Origin: a virus
Direction: 5' to 3' (one strand)
DNA: 64,000 nucleotides
Virus record (IMG/VR): IMGVR_UViG_3300033146_004128
Location: 123,665-187,664 of that record
The notes under the pieces were generated by a model. The model did not search any database and was not told where the DNA came from. It worked only from the letters and a program-made list of their open reading frames with translations. The translations under genes and the position numbers were made by a program. Numbering within the stretch: the first letter of the stretch is position 1; the number at the start of each line of letters is the position of its first letter. Of the stretch, positions 46,109-54,776 are shown in pieces.

Positions 46109-48016
46109 CTAGAGTGTGTTTACGTTAAAGTCATATACCAACCAGCTTCCTGAGTTTGAGAAGATGGCTCTCTCAGAGCCAGCAACTGTACATACTATAG
46201 CATCTTGAGAATATACAACATTCCCAACGTCTGCAGTGATAGACACGATTGTGTTGTCAATCTTGATCTCGCTTAGAGCTCCATCTGTAGCTAGTACCAC
46301 AAACTTTCCTGCGATAACCATGATGTCATCAACATCAAGTGCAGAAGCAGCAGAGAAGTCACTCATTCCTGAAGCATCTATGATCTTAACTTTTTTATCT
46401 GTACCAAGTCCAAGAACATTACCGTTAAAGTATACTGCCTTAGACACAGAGTCTTTGTTTACGATCAGGTTGTTAACGATATCGTTTTTGTCTTCTCCAA
46501 AGTTACCGATAGCATGGAATGTCTCAGCTGTCTTGATAAACGCATTGTTTTCTGTAACCGTGATATTCTCAATAGTCTCAGTAGACAAGTTCAAGTCAAC
46601 AAAGAACTTAGATGATACAACTCTACCATCAGATGCTATTGCAAGTATATGTCCATTCCCACCAAGTACAGTGTCGAATGTATCATCCAACAACTCATTG
46701 TATAGGTTGTAGTTGGACGGGTTATTAAACTCTATTCCATGATCAACTTGCACACCAAGCATTGTTCCATCTGCAAACGTATATGGAGTAAAGAAGATTC
46801 TCTCAGACGTATCAACTGCACTTACGGCACCTGCTTTTGTCTCTGTGAAAGATGCTAGAGATAGCTCTATCTTCTTAACCTCGAAAGTATCACTTGTGTA
46901 GTGAGCTGTGAGTGTATTTGCGACCTCATTGACTTTAAATGCAAACTTCTGAGATGAAACATTTTGAGCAGTAAAGGCAGTAAAGAACTGTTGTTCGAAG
47001 TTTGAATACAATTCACTTTCAAAAAGAAGGTTCACTAAATCATTATCTCTAACGAAAGCTTCTCTCTCCAATGCGAACGTTTCATCATAGAAGATGTTAG
47101 ACAATGAGATTGTAGTCTCAATAGAAAGTCTCTCTGCTGCAATGGCACCAAAGTATCCATCGTTGTTTATGACAAGGTTTCTAATCTTACTTCCCACTGG
47201 AAGAGCTAGTACAGCATCGATATCCACGATTATCTCTCTTAGAGAAGGATCATTCTCGACAGCAGTAACATTGTCGTCTGAGTTTGCTATCTCTGAAAGA
47301 TCAGTAGAGTTAAACACGTACATAAGTCTTGCTCTGATACCAAACGGAGAGTCACTCTCAAGTGCTCTTGCTTCAGGAGTTAAATATATCGCATCCATTG
47401 CAGGTGAGTCTTCAGCTAAGTACTCAATAGTTTTGTACTTCTGAACATCAAGTCCAGTGATACTCGCTACATATTTAACATACGCAATCTCAACAGTAGA
47501 GATAAGCCCATTGATAGCATCCGGGTATGTTGCAACAACATGGTCTGTTACAGTTGTGTTAAGAAGAAGCTTGTCCCAAAAATTTGAAACTGAAGCAATA
47601 GATTTCAAGAATGACTCATCACCTGATCCAAATATAACATCCATTACATCTTCTGTAAAGAACAATGTAGCAAAAGTATCATCTTCAAAAAGACCGTCAG
47701 CAAATCCATCTACTGTGAATGCTACAAGTCTGTCATCTACAAACACGTTCCCATTCAGTTCAGTCACTGTTCTTCCGTTGTTTGTCTCAAAGGCAATGTA
47801 TCCATCTTTAAGTGCATCATACATAGAATCTTTTGATGCTTCAGACATCTTGAATTCTAGTAGAGCCTGGAATTTCTTTCTGAATGAAACTGAGTTCATT
47901 GATGTAGTTAGGTCTGACAGTGTTAAATCGTCAGCATATAGTCCAGCTAGTACGCTTACGTCTGGCAGTTCTGCAATAACATTTGCGTCTGTTATTTGAG
48001 TTGTAAAGTTAGGCAT
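46109..48016 (-). CDS. putative tail fibre/virion protein (635 aa), C-terminal beta-propeller-like
   Basis: SD aaggaa; very acidic; short beta-repeat C-terminus. Confidence 0.5.
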   Translation of the reverse strand: MPNFTTQITDANVIAELPDVSVLAGLYADDLTLSDLTTSMNSVSFRKKFQALLEFKMSEASKDSMYDALKDGYIAFETNNGRTVTELNGNVFVDDRLVAFTVDGFADGLFEDDTFATLFFTEDVMDVIFGSGDESFLKSIASVSNFWDKLLLNTTVTDHVVATYPDAINGLISTVEIAYVKYVASITGLDVQKYKTIEYLAEDSPAMDAIYLTPEARALESDSPFGIRARLMYVFNSTDLSEIANSDDNVTAVENDPSLREIIVDIDAVLALPVGSKIRNLVINNDGYFGAIAAERLSIETTISLSNIFYDETFALEREAFVRDNDLVNLLFESELYSNFEQQFFTAFTAQNVSSQKFAFKVNEVANTLTAHYTSDTFEVKKIELSLASFTETKAGAVSAVDTSERIFFTPYTFADGTMLGVQVDHGIEFNNPSNYNLYNELLDDTFDTVLGGNGHILAIASDGRVVSSKFFVDLNLSTETIENITVTENNAFIKTAETFHAIGNFGEDKNDIVNNLIVNKDSVSKAVYFNGNVLGLGTDKKVKIIDASGMSDFSAASALDVDDIMVIAGKFVVLATDGALSEIKIDNTIVSITADVGNVVYSQDAIVCTVAGSERAIFSNSGSWLVYDFNVNTL

Positions 48017-48083
48017 TTTTGTTCCTTTAGTGTTTTATGTTTATGAGCATATTTTATCATAAATAGCTCTCTTATGGAAGACT

Positions 48084-48470
48084 CTATAAAAGAGTCTCTG
48101 TTGGCTGTTCCCAATCTGAACCGTCACAGAAAACAGAAACTATGTCTCCGGTCTCAGTATCTCTTACGGCTTGTATGCAAACAGCGAATGTATCATCTTC
48201 AAGTGCCACTACGGTATGGCTCTTGTCAGCAGGAACAAGAAATACGTCACCTTGCTTGAATGTCCCTATACTTGATCTCTCTCCGGACTGTAGACCATCT
48301 TCGTATTTCATCTCGAAAACTTCAACACTTCCGCTACCCACTAGATGTGCGTGACTGAAATTGTGCTTGTGGCCTAGCTTGTAGTCTCCACTCTTCTCGA
48401 ATTTCATAGTGTGGATCCATACATTTGCTACGATCTCTTCTTTTACGATTGGTTGTCTTTGCGTTCTCAC
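48084..48470 (-). CDS. cupin-fold protein (128 aa)
   Basis: GHKHNFSHAHLVGSGSVEV...FLVPADKSHTVVALEDDT two-motif cupin signature. Confidence 0.72.
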   Translation of the reverse strand: MRTQRQPIVKEEIVANVWIHTMKFEKSGDYKLGHKHNFSHAHLVGSGSVEVFEMKYEDGLQSGERSSIGTFKQGDVFLVPADKSHTVVALEDDTFAVCIQAVRDTETGDIVSVFCDGSDWEQPTETLL

Positions 48471-48472
48471 TT

Positions 48473-48829
48473 CTATCTCTCCGTATCGATAACTGCAACA
48501 CTGGCTATAGTTGGAATGTCACGATTATACTCTCTATCACATCTTGAAATATGATTTTCCTTCATCCCTTTTGATGGGAACATGAGTACTCCGTCACGAA
48601 TCTCAATATCTCTAATGTTGTTCCTCCTAGCTATAGAAATAACATCTTCAGCAGATGCTACAGTCATATAGCTAGATTTTTCAAACAGCTCTTCTATATA
48701 TTCTATAAAGACACATGTCTCATTGTCGGTTCTGAATATTATCCTTGCTATCATAGTCTCTTCGAGATCCTTCTTGAATCTATTTCTAAATTCATTAGGC
48801 ATAACAAGTAAAGCAGTTTTATACATCAT
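48473..48829 (-). CDS. hypothetical protein (118 aa)
   Basis: ATGA overlap with the upstream gene. Confidence 0.55.
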   Translation of the reverse strand: MMYKTALLVMPNEFRNRFKKDLEETMIARIIFRTDNETCVFIEYIEELFEKSSYMTVASAEDVISIARRNNIRDIEIRDGVLMFPSKGMKENHISRCDREYNRDIPTIASVAVIDTER

Positions 48830-49152
48830 TCTGAATATGCAGCATTTCCACTTGCATCATACCAAGTCCCATCGTAAAGCCATACTGGCTTATTTAAGTC
48901 CGTATCAAATGCAGTGTTAGCTTCACCTGGGCCAGTCATTGCTTGAATGTCTGCGGAATTATTCGCTGGGAACGAAGCAGGAACTGATACCTGATCAGCC
49001 TGCAGTCCAATAGGAACAGGGTTGCTCTCTGCTGACTCCATGACAATTTCTTCGCCATTTCTAAGATCTGTTATCCTACATGGGTAAGATAGTTGTGTTG
49101 TATCGATAGTTACATCTGCCGGTGTATCTTTTGGAATAATATAGTTAGTCAT
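48826..49152 (-). CDS. hypothetical fibre-associated protein (108 aa)
   Basis: AFDTDLNKPVWLYDGTWYDASG resembles a fibre C-terminal module; SD aagga. Confidence 0.5.
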   Translation of the reverse strand: MTNYIIPKDTPADVTIDTTQLSYPCRITDLRNGEEIVMESAESNPVPIGLQADQVSVPASFPANNSADIQAMTGPGEANTAFDTDLNKPVWLYDGTWYDASGNAAYSE

Positions 49153-49163
49153 AATTTGGTCCT

Positions 49164-49772
49164 TTATCCTGAGAAGACTGTAAAGTCTTGGTCTTCACTA
49201 TTCTGAATTTCTAGGTGTAGCTCATCGATTTTAGCATTCAATGTAGCAAACTCTGCGTTAAGTTTTGAATCAACATCTTCAAGAACTATCTCTTTGATAG
49301 TATACTGTATTCCCTTTGATCTTAGGTTGATAGAAGGGTTAGATATGTAGATACCATAGTTACCTGCCGTGTTGATTGTAAGCTCTATAGAATAGATACC
49401 AGTATTCCCAACTTGCGTAAGAGTATCACCATACCCTATTCCTTCAGATATTGGGAATTTAGTGTAGATAACATCACCTACAACCTTCTCAACATAGTAC
49501 TTGTTTCCATTAGCATCCTCAAATACCATACCGTCAGAGATTCCTCCACCAGACTGTACTGTGATTTGCTTTGTCCCTGCTGCCGCTGCTGCATCAACTG
49601 TAGATTCTGCAGGAGAAGCAATAGTCTCAACTATTTCAACTCCATCATTTGCTGCTTGAGTAATTGTACCATCTACAAGGTTTACTACCTTGGTGGTAAA
49701 ACCAGATGCACCGAAAAACTTCTGGTGGCTATTTAGTTCTAGAAAGAACGGGGTTCCCATTTTCTTTATCAT
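49164..49772 (-). CDS. putative virion protein (202 aa)
   Basis: SD aaggaa; beta-rich body with a short C-terminal coiled coil. Confidence 0.55.
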   Translation of the reverse strand: MIKKMGTPFFLELNSHQKFFGASGFTTKVVNLVDGTITQAANDGVEIVETIASPAESTVDAAAAAGTKQITVQSGGGISDGMVFEDANGNKYYVEKVVGDVIYTKFPISEGIGYGDTLTQVGNTGIYSIELTINTAGNYGIYISNPSINLRSKGIQYTIKEIVLEDVDSKLNAEFATLNAKIDELHLEIQNSEDQDFTVFSG

Positions 49773-49792
49773 TTTATTTTCCTTTTTGTTTA

Positions 49793-50260
49793 TTAACTAG
49801 CTGTGATAGTCCACTCTTCCTGGCTAGACATGCTGTCTAACAGCTCAGGGTCAAGTGTAACCTCAGTGCTTCCGCCACCTGTACCAGTGGAACCGCTTAC
49901 CCCTACCATATCGATAAGGTTTGATACTCTCATTGATACTGTTACCTTAAAGTCACCTATTGTGTCTTCGATAGGATCAGTACCATCATGTCTATATAGG
50001 TTTCCTCTGATTGTAAGTCTATGGTCTCCTTCATATGGTCTTATCTTCCATCCATTTTGGAGGAAGTATGTTAGACCTAGCTGATCTTCAGGGAGAGGGT
50101 TCCCTCCTACTATATCAAAAGCCATTCTATATTTAGAGTTGTCCGAGTGTATGAACCATCTTTTCCACTCAGAGTATATATCCTCTCTTACATCTAGGCT
50201 TGTTATACCGGGACCGACTATGATAAGTTCTCTGTCTCCGTCAAATGTTACTACTGCCAT
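49793..50260 (-). CDS. putative virion/tail-associated protein (155 aa)
   Basis: FDGDRELI...DIYSEWKRWF...YFLQNGWKIRP; SD aggag. Confidence 0.55.
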   Translation of the reverse strand: MAVVTFDGDRELIIVGPGITSLDVREDIYSEWKRWFIHSDNSKYRMAFDIVGGNPLPEDQLGLTYFLQNGWKIRPYEGDHRLTIRGNLYRHDGTDPIEDTIGDFKVTVSMRVSNLIDMVGVSGSTGTGGGSTEVTLDPELLDSMSSQEEWTITAS

Positions 50261-50556
50261 TACAAGACTCCTTTCTGAAGTAATTCACGAATAAATGTCT
50301 GATTTCCACTCTGATCAATTTGCAATAGCGCAACAGTAGATAATGATACCTCTGATCCAGTAATCGTAAAGTCGTGCGATGTGATATGAGGAACTCTGTT
50401 CCCGTCCACAATCTCTAGCTTTTGTACTACAACTCCATCATGGTTATACACATATGTAAGCCCGTCCTCAGACAGTGCAGTTGCACCGTCTACGAGACTT
50501 CTTGTTATACCGTTTTCGAGTCTATTCTTTTTAAGTTCTATTAGTAATTCTTCCAT
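50260..50556 (-). CDS. hypothetical protein (98 aa)
   Basis: SD aggag; operon context. Confidence 0.55.
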   Translation of the reverse strand: MEELLIELKKNRLENGITRSLVDGATALSEDGLTYVYNHDGVVVQKLEIVDGNRVPHITSHDFTITGSEVSLSTVALLQIDQSGNQTFIRELLQKGVL

Positions 50557-50557
50557 A

Positions 50558-52756
50558 CTATACTCCTATGTAACCGTGATCTTTTTCAGGTCTTACTGCA
50601 AATACATTAAGTTGCCCTTGATCAAAGGTTTGAGATATAACAGTGTTCTTAGCCATATCGCTACCTGCTAGAACTATTGTTACGTCAAATGGCTCTCCTG
50701 GAGTTCTTCCGTTAGAGTCATCTCCAACAAAGTCGTAAGTAAAGTCTATAAAGTCCATACCATCAACAATACCGCTAACAGGTCTTCCCTCTGCATCCTT
50801 AATAAGTACACCTGCTGATGTACCATATCCATCACTATAGTACGCAAAGTACTTAGCATTGGCATCGATAACTGCATTTGTGTCGAATATTATTCTTCCT
50901 TTTTCAAAGTCCATAGGGTAGACATATCTGCTATCTGTTGTAGCAAGCTTGACTGAAGAAAGGTATGTTGTTCCACTTATTGTCCCGGATACAGCTCTTA
51001 CTTTAAGTAGGAACCCTTCGTCAGGGATAATGGTTTCAGAAGCTAAGTTCTCTCCATTTAGAGCCTGATATGGGCCAAACCCATCTCCTGTATCAATAGC
51101 ATAGTCTATTGCAATCGCAGAAAGACCATACCCGGTAAGAGTTGGTGCAACATCATTTAGTGTTACCCCTTTTATTCTGTAAGGTGTAGTGAACTCAATC
51201 GTATCTCCTGCACCGGTAAAGTATACTCTACCATTGTTTGAGAATTTTATTCCACCAAGTAGATTGCTGAATAGGCTTGACTCTACAGAGTCTTTGGACA
51301 TAACAAAAACAAGCTCTCCGTCTGTAGCTGATGTGTACAGCTGTGCGAATGAAGACCCCTGAGTTCCTTTATTGTCCTCTTTTACTGATGTTGCCTCCAC
51401 ACCCTTAATTACTGCGTTTGGAGCTTCAACAGAGACTCTTTCTCTTACGGCAGATGTGATATGCTGAAGTAGTATACCGTTGTTCTTAGAAGGAATAGAG
51501 AATGGCTCTGTTCCAGTGTGCCCTTCATAGTACATTTCTGACACTCTTGTGCCGAATGATACGTCACAAGCTATTACGTTCGTAGCATATGAACTCTGTA
51601 TGTCTGTATTTATGACAGTTACACCTGGAGAGTTTTTTATTCCAAGGTATGCAAGTTTTGCACCACCGTTAGCAGGAACATTCCAATCTCTAACTAAAAC
51701 TCCTGATGAGTCTTCTATGGACAAGTTCATTGTTGCTTTGCTGCTGTTCTCTGTGAAGAGTGTGCTGTCTATAGTGTCAACACCAACAACACGGCTATCA
51801 CTTACATTTGAAAGTCTTGTTGCTCCACCTACGCCAGTAACATTTTGAATGTCTGACGTTTGAACCGTTGTCATAAGTACAGCATAGTCAGTAGAACTAT
51901 CTCTTTTTGCTACTAGGCCGAATACTTTATCAACCGTAATATTCTTAAGGTAGTTAAATGTAACACCTTTTGACTTTGTGGATGCTCCAGATACATTGTT
52001 TACTGTACCGTTTGATGCGTAACTAAAACTTAAACCTGTTGAGTAATTGTCTTTTATACCTGCGTGAACATCTTCAATCTCGAAGTCGTTACAATATTGT
52101 ATATATGCAGATCCATAGAACGCAACTCTTTCAAGGTCTATATGATCCATACCTTTTAGTGTACTGTTAAAGTCTGAGAATGAAGCGTCTTTTATTGATA
52201 TAAATCCACCTTCGTCATATACTACTTTTGCTGTAGTCGTGCTTCCGAATGGAGTTACTGTAGAGAAGATAATATTTGGTACTTTGATCTTGCATCCATT
52301 TTCAGGAACTCTTGCTTCTCCTTCAGTACTTGAGAACTCTATTGCTCCTGCGTTCCATTCGAACACTCTTCCTGATATGATATTATCTGGGAAGTCGCTA
52401 AATGACAACAGCGTAGATCCTGGAGTGTTTATACCGTACCATGGCTCATAGTCATCTGACCCGGATGTCTTCTCTACCCAAATTACATTTATTGGATGTT
52501 CTGACTGCCAGTGTGGCACTGTGAATCCTCTTGTTCCATCTGCGGTGCCCAACTCAATCATTGAACCTCTTACATTTAACTGACCGAAAGCCTTAACCGA
52601 TATATATCCTGAACTCTCAAAAGCGAGAACAAGTCCCGTATTGGAATTGTTGACAATGTTGCACACACCATCATTGATATTTATATAGTCAATAGTTTCA
52701 GCAAGTGTTTCGTCTATAGTTAGCACATCGCCACTATTTACGTTATAACTAGCCAT
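50558..52756 (-). CDS. tailspike-like parallel beta-helix protein (732 aa)
   Basis: Start re-assigned to MASYNV after SD aagggg; central stacked beta-coil repeats (EIEDVHAG, GTVNNVSG, NITVDKVFG, DIQNVTG). Confidence 0.55.
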   Translation of the reverse strand: MASYNVNSGDVLTIDETLAETIDYININDGVCNIVNNSNTGLVLAFESSGYISVKAFGQLNVRGSMIELGTADGTRGFTVPHWQSEHPINVIWVEKTSGSDDYEPWYGINTPGSTLLSFSDFPDNIISGRVFEWNAGAIEFSSTEGEARVPENGCKIKVPNIIFSTVTPFGSTTTAKVVYDEGGFISIKDASFSDFNSTLKGMDHIDLERVAFYGSAYIQYCNDFEIEDVHAGIKDNYSTGLSFSYASNGTVNNVSGASTKSKGVTFNYLKNITVDKVFGLVAKRDSSTDYAVLMTTVQTSDIQNVTGVGGATRLSNVSDSRVVGVDTIDSTLFTENSSKATMNLSIEDSSGVLVRDWNVPANGGAKLAYLGIKNSPGVTVINTDIQSSYATNVIACDVSFGTRVSEMYYEGHTGTEPFSIPSKNNGILLQHITSAVRERVSVEAPNAVIKGVEATSVKEDNKGTQGSSFAQLYTSATDGELVFVMSKDSVESSLFSNLLGGIKFSNNGRVYFTGAGDTIEFTTPYRIKGVTLNDVAPTLTGYGLSAIAIDYAIDTGDGFGPYQALNGENLASETIIPDEGFLLKVRAVSGTISGTTYLSSVKLATTDSRYVYPMDFEKGRIIFDTNAVIDANAKYFAYYSDGYGTSAGVLIKDAEGRPVSGIVDGMDFIDFTYDFVGDDSNGRTPGEPFDVTIVLAGSDMAKNTVISQTFDQGQLNVFAVRPEKDHGYIGV

Positions 52757-52837
52757 ACTAGATCCCCTTTTTTTATTTTGCATATTGTACCATGTGTAGG
52801 ACACAGTATGCAAGACTTTAATTTTTGTGTCATGAAA

Positions 52838-52846
52838 ATTTTACCA
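52838..52846 (-). promoter_or_regulatory. extended -10 promoter TG-G-TAAAAT heading the - strand structural operon
   Basis: Between the tRNA cluster and the first structural gene; T-rich upstream. Confidence 0.55.
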
Positions 52847-52903
52847 TAATAAAAGCTTTTTTACTATAGCTGTGTTTTGTAATATTTGTGAGTATTTGTT
52901 TGT

Positions 52904-52980
52904 TGGTGGGCAGAAGAGGACTCGAACCTCCGACCATCCCGTTATGAGCGGGATGCTCTAACCAACTGAGCTACCTGCCC
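52904..52980 (-). tRNA. tRNA with CAT anticodon (Ile2/lysidine type more likely than elongator Met)
   Basis: 77-nt cloverleaf GGGCAGGTAGCTCAGTTGGTTAGAGC...CT CAT AA...GGTTCGAGTCC...CCCACCA; G1G2G3C4 acceptor resembles Ile tRNAs; CCA encoded. Confidence 0.92.
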
Positions 52981-53000
52981 GTGAGAGTTATGTAAGTATG

Positions 53001-53088
53001 TGGCAGAGGGTATAGGATTCGAACCTATGGTGACTTTCGCCACAACTCCTTAGCAGGGAGCCCATTTAAGCCACTCATGCAACCCTCT
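53001..53088 (-). tRNA. trnS: tRNA-Ser(GCT)
   Basis: 88 nt with long variable arm, loop CT GCT AA, discriminator G, CCA encoded. Confidence 0.93.
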
Positions 53089-53203
53089 ATCTTTGTTTTT
53101 TATATCGATCAATAACAGTTATTGTTACCATGACTATAGTTGTAAAAATTGCAAACCTTACTACTAGTGACGCCAAAGAAGCGATGAAGTCCAAGCTATG
53201 CAT
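53087..53203 (-). CDS. possible 38-aa single-TM peptide between the two Ser tRNAs
   Basis: [38 protein letters not shown]; SD-like aggt; fills the spacer exactly. Confidence 0.35.
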   Translation of the reverse strand: MHSLDFIASLASLVVRFAIFTTIVMVTITVIDRYKKQR

Positions 53204-53234
53204 TATCTTACCTATTTTCTTTCATGTTTATATG

Positions 53235-53322
53235 TGGCAGAGGGTAAGGGATTCGAACCCTTGGTACCTTTCGATACGCTGGTTTTCAAGACCAGTGCTT
53301 TCGACCACTCAGCCAACCCTCT
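53235..53322 (-). tRNA. trnS: tRNA-Ser(TGA)
   Basis: 88 nt with long variable arm, loop CT TGA AA, discriminator G, CCA encoded; TATAAT box at 53335-53340 upstream. Confidence 0.94.
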
Positions 53323-53372
53323 ACACAGAAGAGAATTATACTACCACTGCTATTAACTTTCTCTTAAATAAT

Positions 53373-53381
53373 TGATATAAT
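53373..53381 (+). promoter_or_regulatory. extended -10 promoter TG-A-TATAAT for HNH-amidase (divergent from the tRNA promoter)
   Basis: Perfect TGnTATAAT 17 nt upstream of the HNH ATG. Confidence 0.6.
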
Positions 53382-53398
53382 TACAAAAAGGGTTTTTT

Positions 53399-53707
53399 AT
53401 GGCAAAAAATTGGCATAGTTCACGAGAGTATCGCATATGGCGTATGCTAGTAATAAGAAGAGATAAGGTGTGCCAGGTTCCCGGATGCAATAGTATCAAA
53501 GGGCGTGCGGCACATCACATGAACAGTGGGTCGTATTTCCCTGATGAGAGATATGATGTTGACAATGGAGTCACACTATGTGGTAAGTGCCACATGAACT
53601 TCCATAACAACTTCAAGAGGTCATATAGAGAGAAGTGTACAAAGTATGACTTCGCAAACTTTATGGTATTATGTACGTACCTAAAATCAATTCACACAGG
53701 AGAATAG
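53399..53707 (+). CDS. small HNH endonuclease (102 aa)
   Basis: RRDKVCQVPGC...AHH...DNGVTLCGKCH. Confidence 0.88.
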   Translation: MAKNWHSSREYRIWRMLVIRRDKVCQVPGCNSIKGRAAHHMNSGSYFPDERYDVDNGVTLCGKCHMNFHNNFKRSYREKCTKYDFANFMVLCTYLKSIHTGE

Positions 53708-53709
53708 CA

Positions 53710-54261
53710 ATGAAAAAAATAGCATTAGTCGTAGGCCACAGGAGTAGAAGCCAAGGAGCCTATGGAGATATGGGTATATCAGAATGGAAGTTCTATAATC
53801 AACTCGTAAAAGAGATAGTTGAAGAAGCAGAAGATGTAGATGTGGAGCTAAAGGTATTTCACAGGAGAGAGAGTGGTCATGGATACACATCCAGAATGAA
53901 GGCACTACACAGAGAAATCGATGCATGGGGTGCGGATATATCTATTGCGCTACACTTCAACGCCTCATCTCATGCAAGTGCAAATGGACATGAGGTGCTT
54001 CACTGTGCTTTCAGTTCCACAAGCGCAAAGTATGCATCGATTATGAACTCTGCATTCACGAAGCACTTGAATAATAGGGATAGAGGAGTAAAGCCAAAGT
54101 CAAGAAAAGATAGAGGTGGTGGATTCCTATGTAGAGGAAGGTCTTATTGTATATTGATAGAACCATTCTTCGCATCTCACCAGCATGAATATATGCCTGG
54201 TCAACGTGCACGAGAGGAACTTATAAACTCATTCATAGAGTTTTTTGATAAGGTATCGTAG
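53710..54261 (+). CDS. N-acetylmuramoyl-L-alanine amidase (Amidase_3) endolysin (183 aa)
   Basis: IALVVGH, ISEWKF, ISIALHFNA, NGHEV, RDRGVK, CILIEPFF Zn-amidase motifs; start after SD aggag. Confidence 0.88.
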   Translation: MKKIALVVGHRSRSQGAYGDMGISEWKFYNQLVKEIVEEAEDVDVELKVFHRRESGHGYTSRMKALHREIDAWGADISIALHFNASSHASANGHEVLHCAFSSTSAKYASIMNSAFTKHLNNRDRGVKPKSRKDRGGGFLCRGRSYCILIEPFFASHQHEYMPGQRAREELINSFIEFFDKVS

Positions 54262-54273
54262 GCAACTGCCTAC
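54258..54273. terminator. hairpin GTAGGC-AACT-GCCTAC between convergent genes
   Basis: 6-bp perfect stem at the amidase stop, facing the convergent 106-aa gene. Confidence 0.5.
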
Positions 54274-54276
54274 TAC

Positions 54277-54597
54277 CTATTTATTTATAATCTTCTCTAA
54301 TCTCTTCACCCCTCTTTTATAGGACGACTCTGTTCTGTCCTTGACTGACTGAAGATACTTTTGCTTGAACCTCGCCTTAAGGGCCTTCTTTACATTCTTT
54401 GGGCGTGACGATTCTTCTATCTTTGCATACCCATCATCTCTGGTCTTATTGAAAGTTTCTATCTTGGACTTTGCAGCCCTCTTCTTTATGTCCTTCACTC
54501 TAACCTTTGGATCTGCAGACGCTTCCATTAAATACTTATATTTCTTCACGATACGTCTACCTGTTCCTTTTGCTGTCATAGCAGTCTTGTTATGCAT
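54277..54597 (-). CDS. small highly basic protein (106 aa)
   Basis: Very K/R-rich; SD aaggaa; GCTATAAT promoter box at 54621-54628. Confidence 0.65.
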   Translation of the reverse strand: MHNKTAMTAKGTGRRIVKKYKYLMEASADPKVRVKDIKKRAAKSKIETFNKTRDDGYAKIEESSRPKNVKKALKARFKQKYLQSVKDRTESSYKRGVKRLEKIINK

Positions 54598-54670
54598 TAT
54601 ACTTCCTTTATTTTTCCAATATTATAGCTACATTGTCCATGCATGTAAAGATGTAAAAACTGCGTAAAAA

Positions 54671-54690
54671 CGGGTATATACTATGTAGGA
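54671..54690 (+). promoter_or_regulatory. 20-bp promoter-like repeat CGGGTATATACTATGTAGGA, copy 1
   Basis: Exact copy at 55086-55105; contains a TATACT -10 box; precedes a + strand gene. Confidence 0.65.
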
Positions 54691-54776
54691 GATTATATCT
54701 TCTCTTTCTGTGCCGATCTGGATCATACATAAGTATTTGATGATCTGAATTAGTCCAAGGCAGAAAGGAGGCATCC

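Noticed and set aside
53130-53375. 81-aa ORF in the track
   Set aside because: Runs antisense through tRNA-Ser(TGA)
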